Origin: an uncultured cyanobacterium
GTDB lineage: Bacteria > Cyanobacteriota > Cyanobacteriia > Cyanobacteriales > Nostocaceae
Direction of reading: 5' to 3'
Assembly: GCA_963706595.1 (NCBI GenBank)
Contig: OY970166.1
Span: forward strand, 2,976,001 to 3,040,000
DNA: 64,000 nucleotides
Under the pieces are notes generated by a model. It worked only from the letters and a program-made list of their open reading frames with translations. It made no database searches and was not told where the DNA came from. Below are positions 63,309 to 64,000 of the stretch, one piece after another. Position 1 is the stretch's first letter, and every line of letters starts with the position of its first letter. Position numbers and translations under genes: made by a program.

Positions 63309-63860
63309 CGCCAGCTGAAATTGCTGCAACAGCGTGTTTCCAGAAAACGATTAGGCTCGAACAATTGGAAGAAAGCACAAAAGAGAGTTGCCTCATTGCA
63401 TGAGTACGTTGCTAATTGTCGTAAAGATTGGCACAGAAAACTGTCTCACCAAATCTGTGACAGCGCCGGAATGGTGTTTGTTGAGGATTTAAATTTAGTT
63501 GGTTTGTCCCGTGGAATGTTGGGTAAACATTGCCTGGATGGGGGGTTCGGACAATTCTTTAATATCCTTGAACAAACTTGTTTTAAACGTGATGTCTATT
63601 TTCAAAAAGTAGATGCGCGGAAAACAAGCTAAATCTGTCCCAACTGCGGAATTAAGACAGAAAAGAAAGAATTTTCACAACGTACTCATGTTTGCTCAAA
63701 TTGCCGCTATACGACTGATAGAGATGTTGCAGCTGCTCAAGTAGTCGCAATCCGCGGACTTGCAGCCGTAGGGCATACGGTCAAGATGCTGGCTGAGGGT
63801 AAATTCATTGGAATCCCCGCGAAGCAAGAATCCTCGTACCTTTAGGTCGAGGAGTGTCAA
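63309..63860 (+). mobile_element. tnpB: IS200/IS605-family remnant: 5'-truncated tnpB with internal stop and intact right end
   Basis: FVEDL, TS*ICPNCG...HVCSNC...DRDVAAA; subterminal CCTCG/CGAGG hairpin then TCAA at 63857-63860. Confidence 0.88.
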
Positions 63861-64000
63861 CAACTCAAAGAGCGATCGCCGGAGGCGGGGCTTTGCCTAT
63901 CGCTCTCTAATAAATCGGCACTCTTTTCCTGATCACCATAATTTTCCATCGCGGCTCGTGGCAAAGTGGCTAAAAAGGCTTTAAGTCTCATGCGCTCAAT
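63857..64000 (-). CDS. Possible 3' end of a gene entering from the window edge
   Basis: Open frame IERMRLKAFLATLPRAAMENYG...SLSC*; stop falls in the IS terminal TCAA. Confidence 0.4.
   Translation of the reverse strand: MERMRLKAFLATLPRAAMENYGDQEKSADLLESDRQSPASGDRSLSC

Overview
Chromosomal segment of a filamentous heterocyst-forming cyanobacterium (Nostocales-type). Evidence: abundant HIP1 GCGATCGC, heptamer tandem repeats, psbA, and a Nostocales-style FtsZ N-terminus. Most of the window is core genome (cysK, dynamin pair, hps glycosyltransferase locus, glmM, ho1, cobW, moaC, tRNA-Arg, prk-like, psbA, cofG, hflX, grxC-gshB, ftsQZ), densely interspersed with REP/MITE-like elements. The standout is a ~10.4 kb accessory island (31.1-41.5 kb) bracketed by two same-orientation MITE copies. 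It carries a co-oriented run of two Rieske oxygenases, a divergent HemF paralog, a small ORF, a TolI/ATC-hydrolase-like protein, a covalent-FAD oxidoreductase and DevB/DevC, plus a divergent RHH regulator and a HigBA module. I infer a compact biosynthetic cluster for a modified, tolyporphin-related tetrapyrrole that uses Rieske rather than P450/glycosyl tailoring. Other points: a two-gene Z1-domain candidate defence module, a dynamin-J-domain fusion, a 129-bp x3 tandem repeat, an ATA-initiated hflX, a TnpB remnant, and four single-base frameshifts that may be assembly errors. All family assignments come from motif recognition and memory, not database searches.
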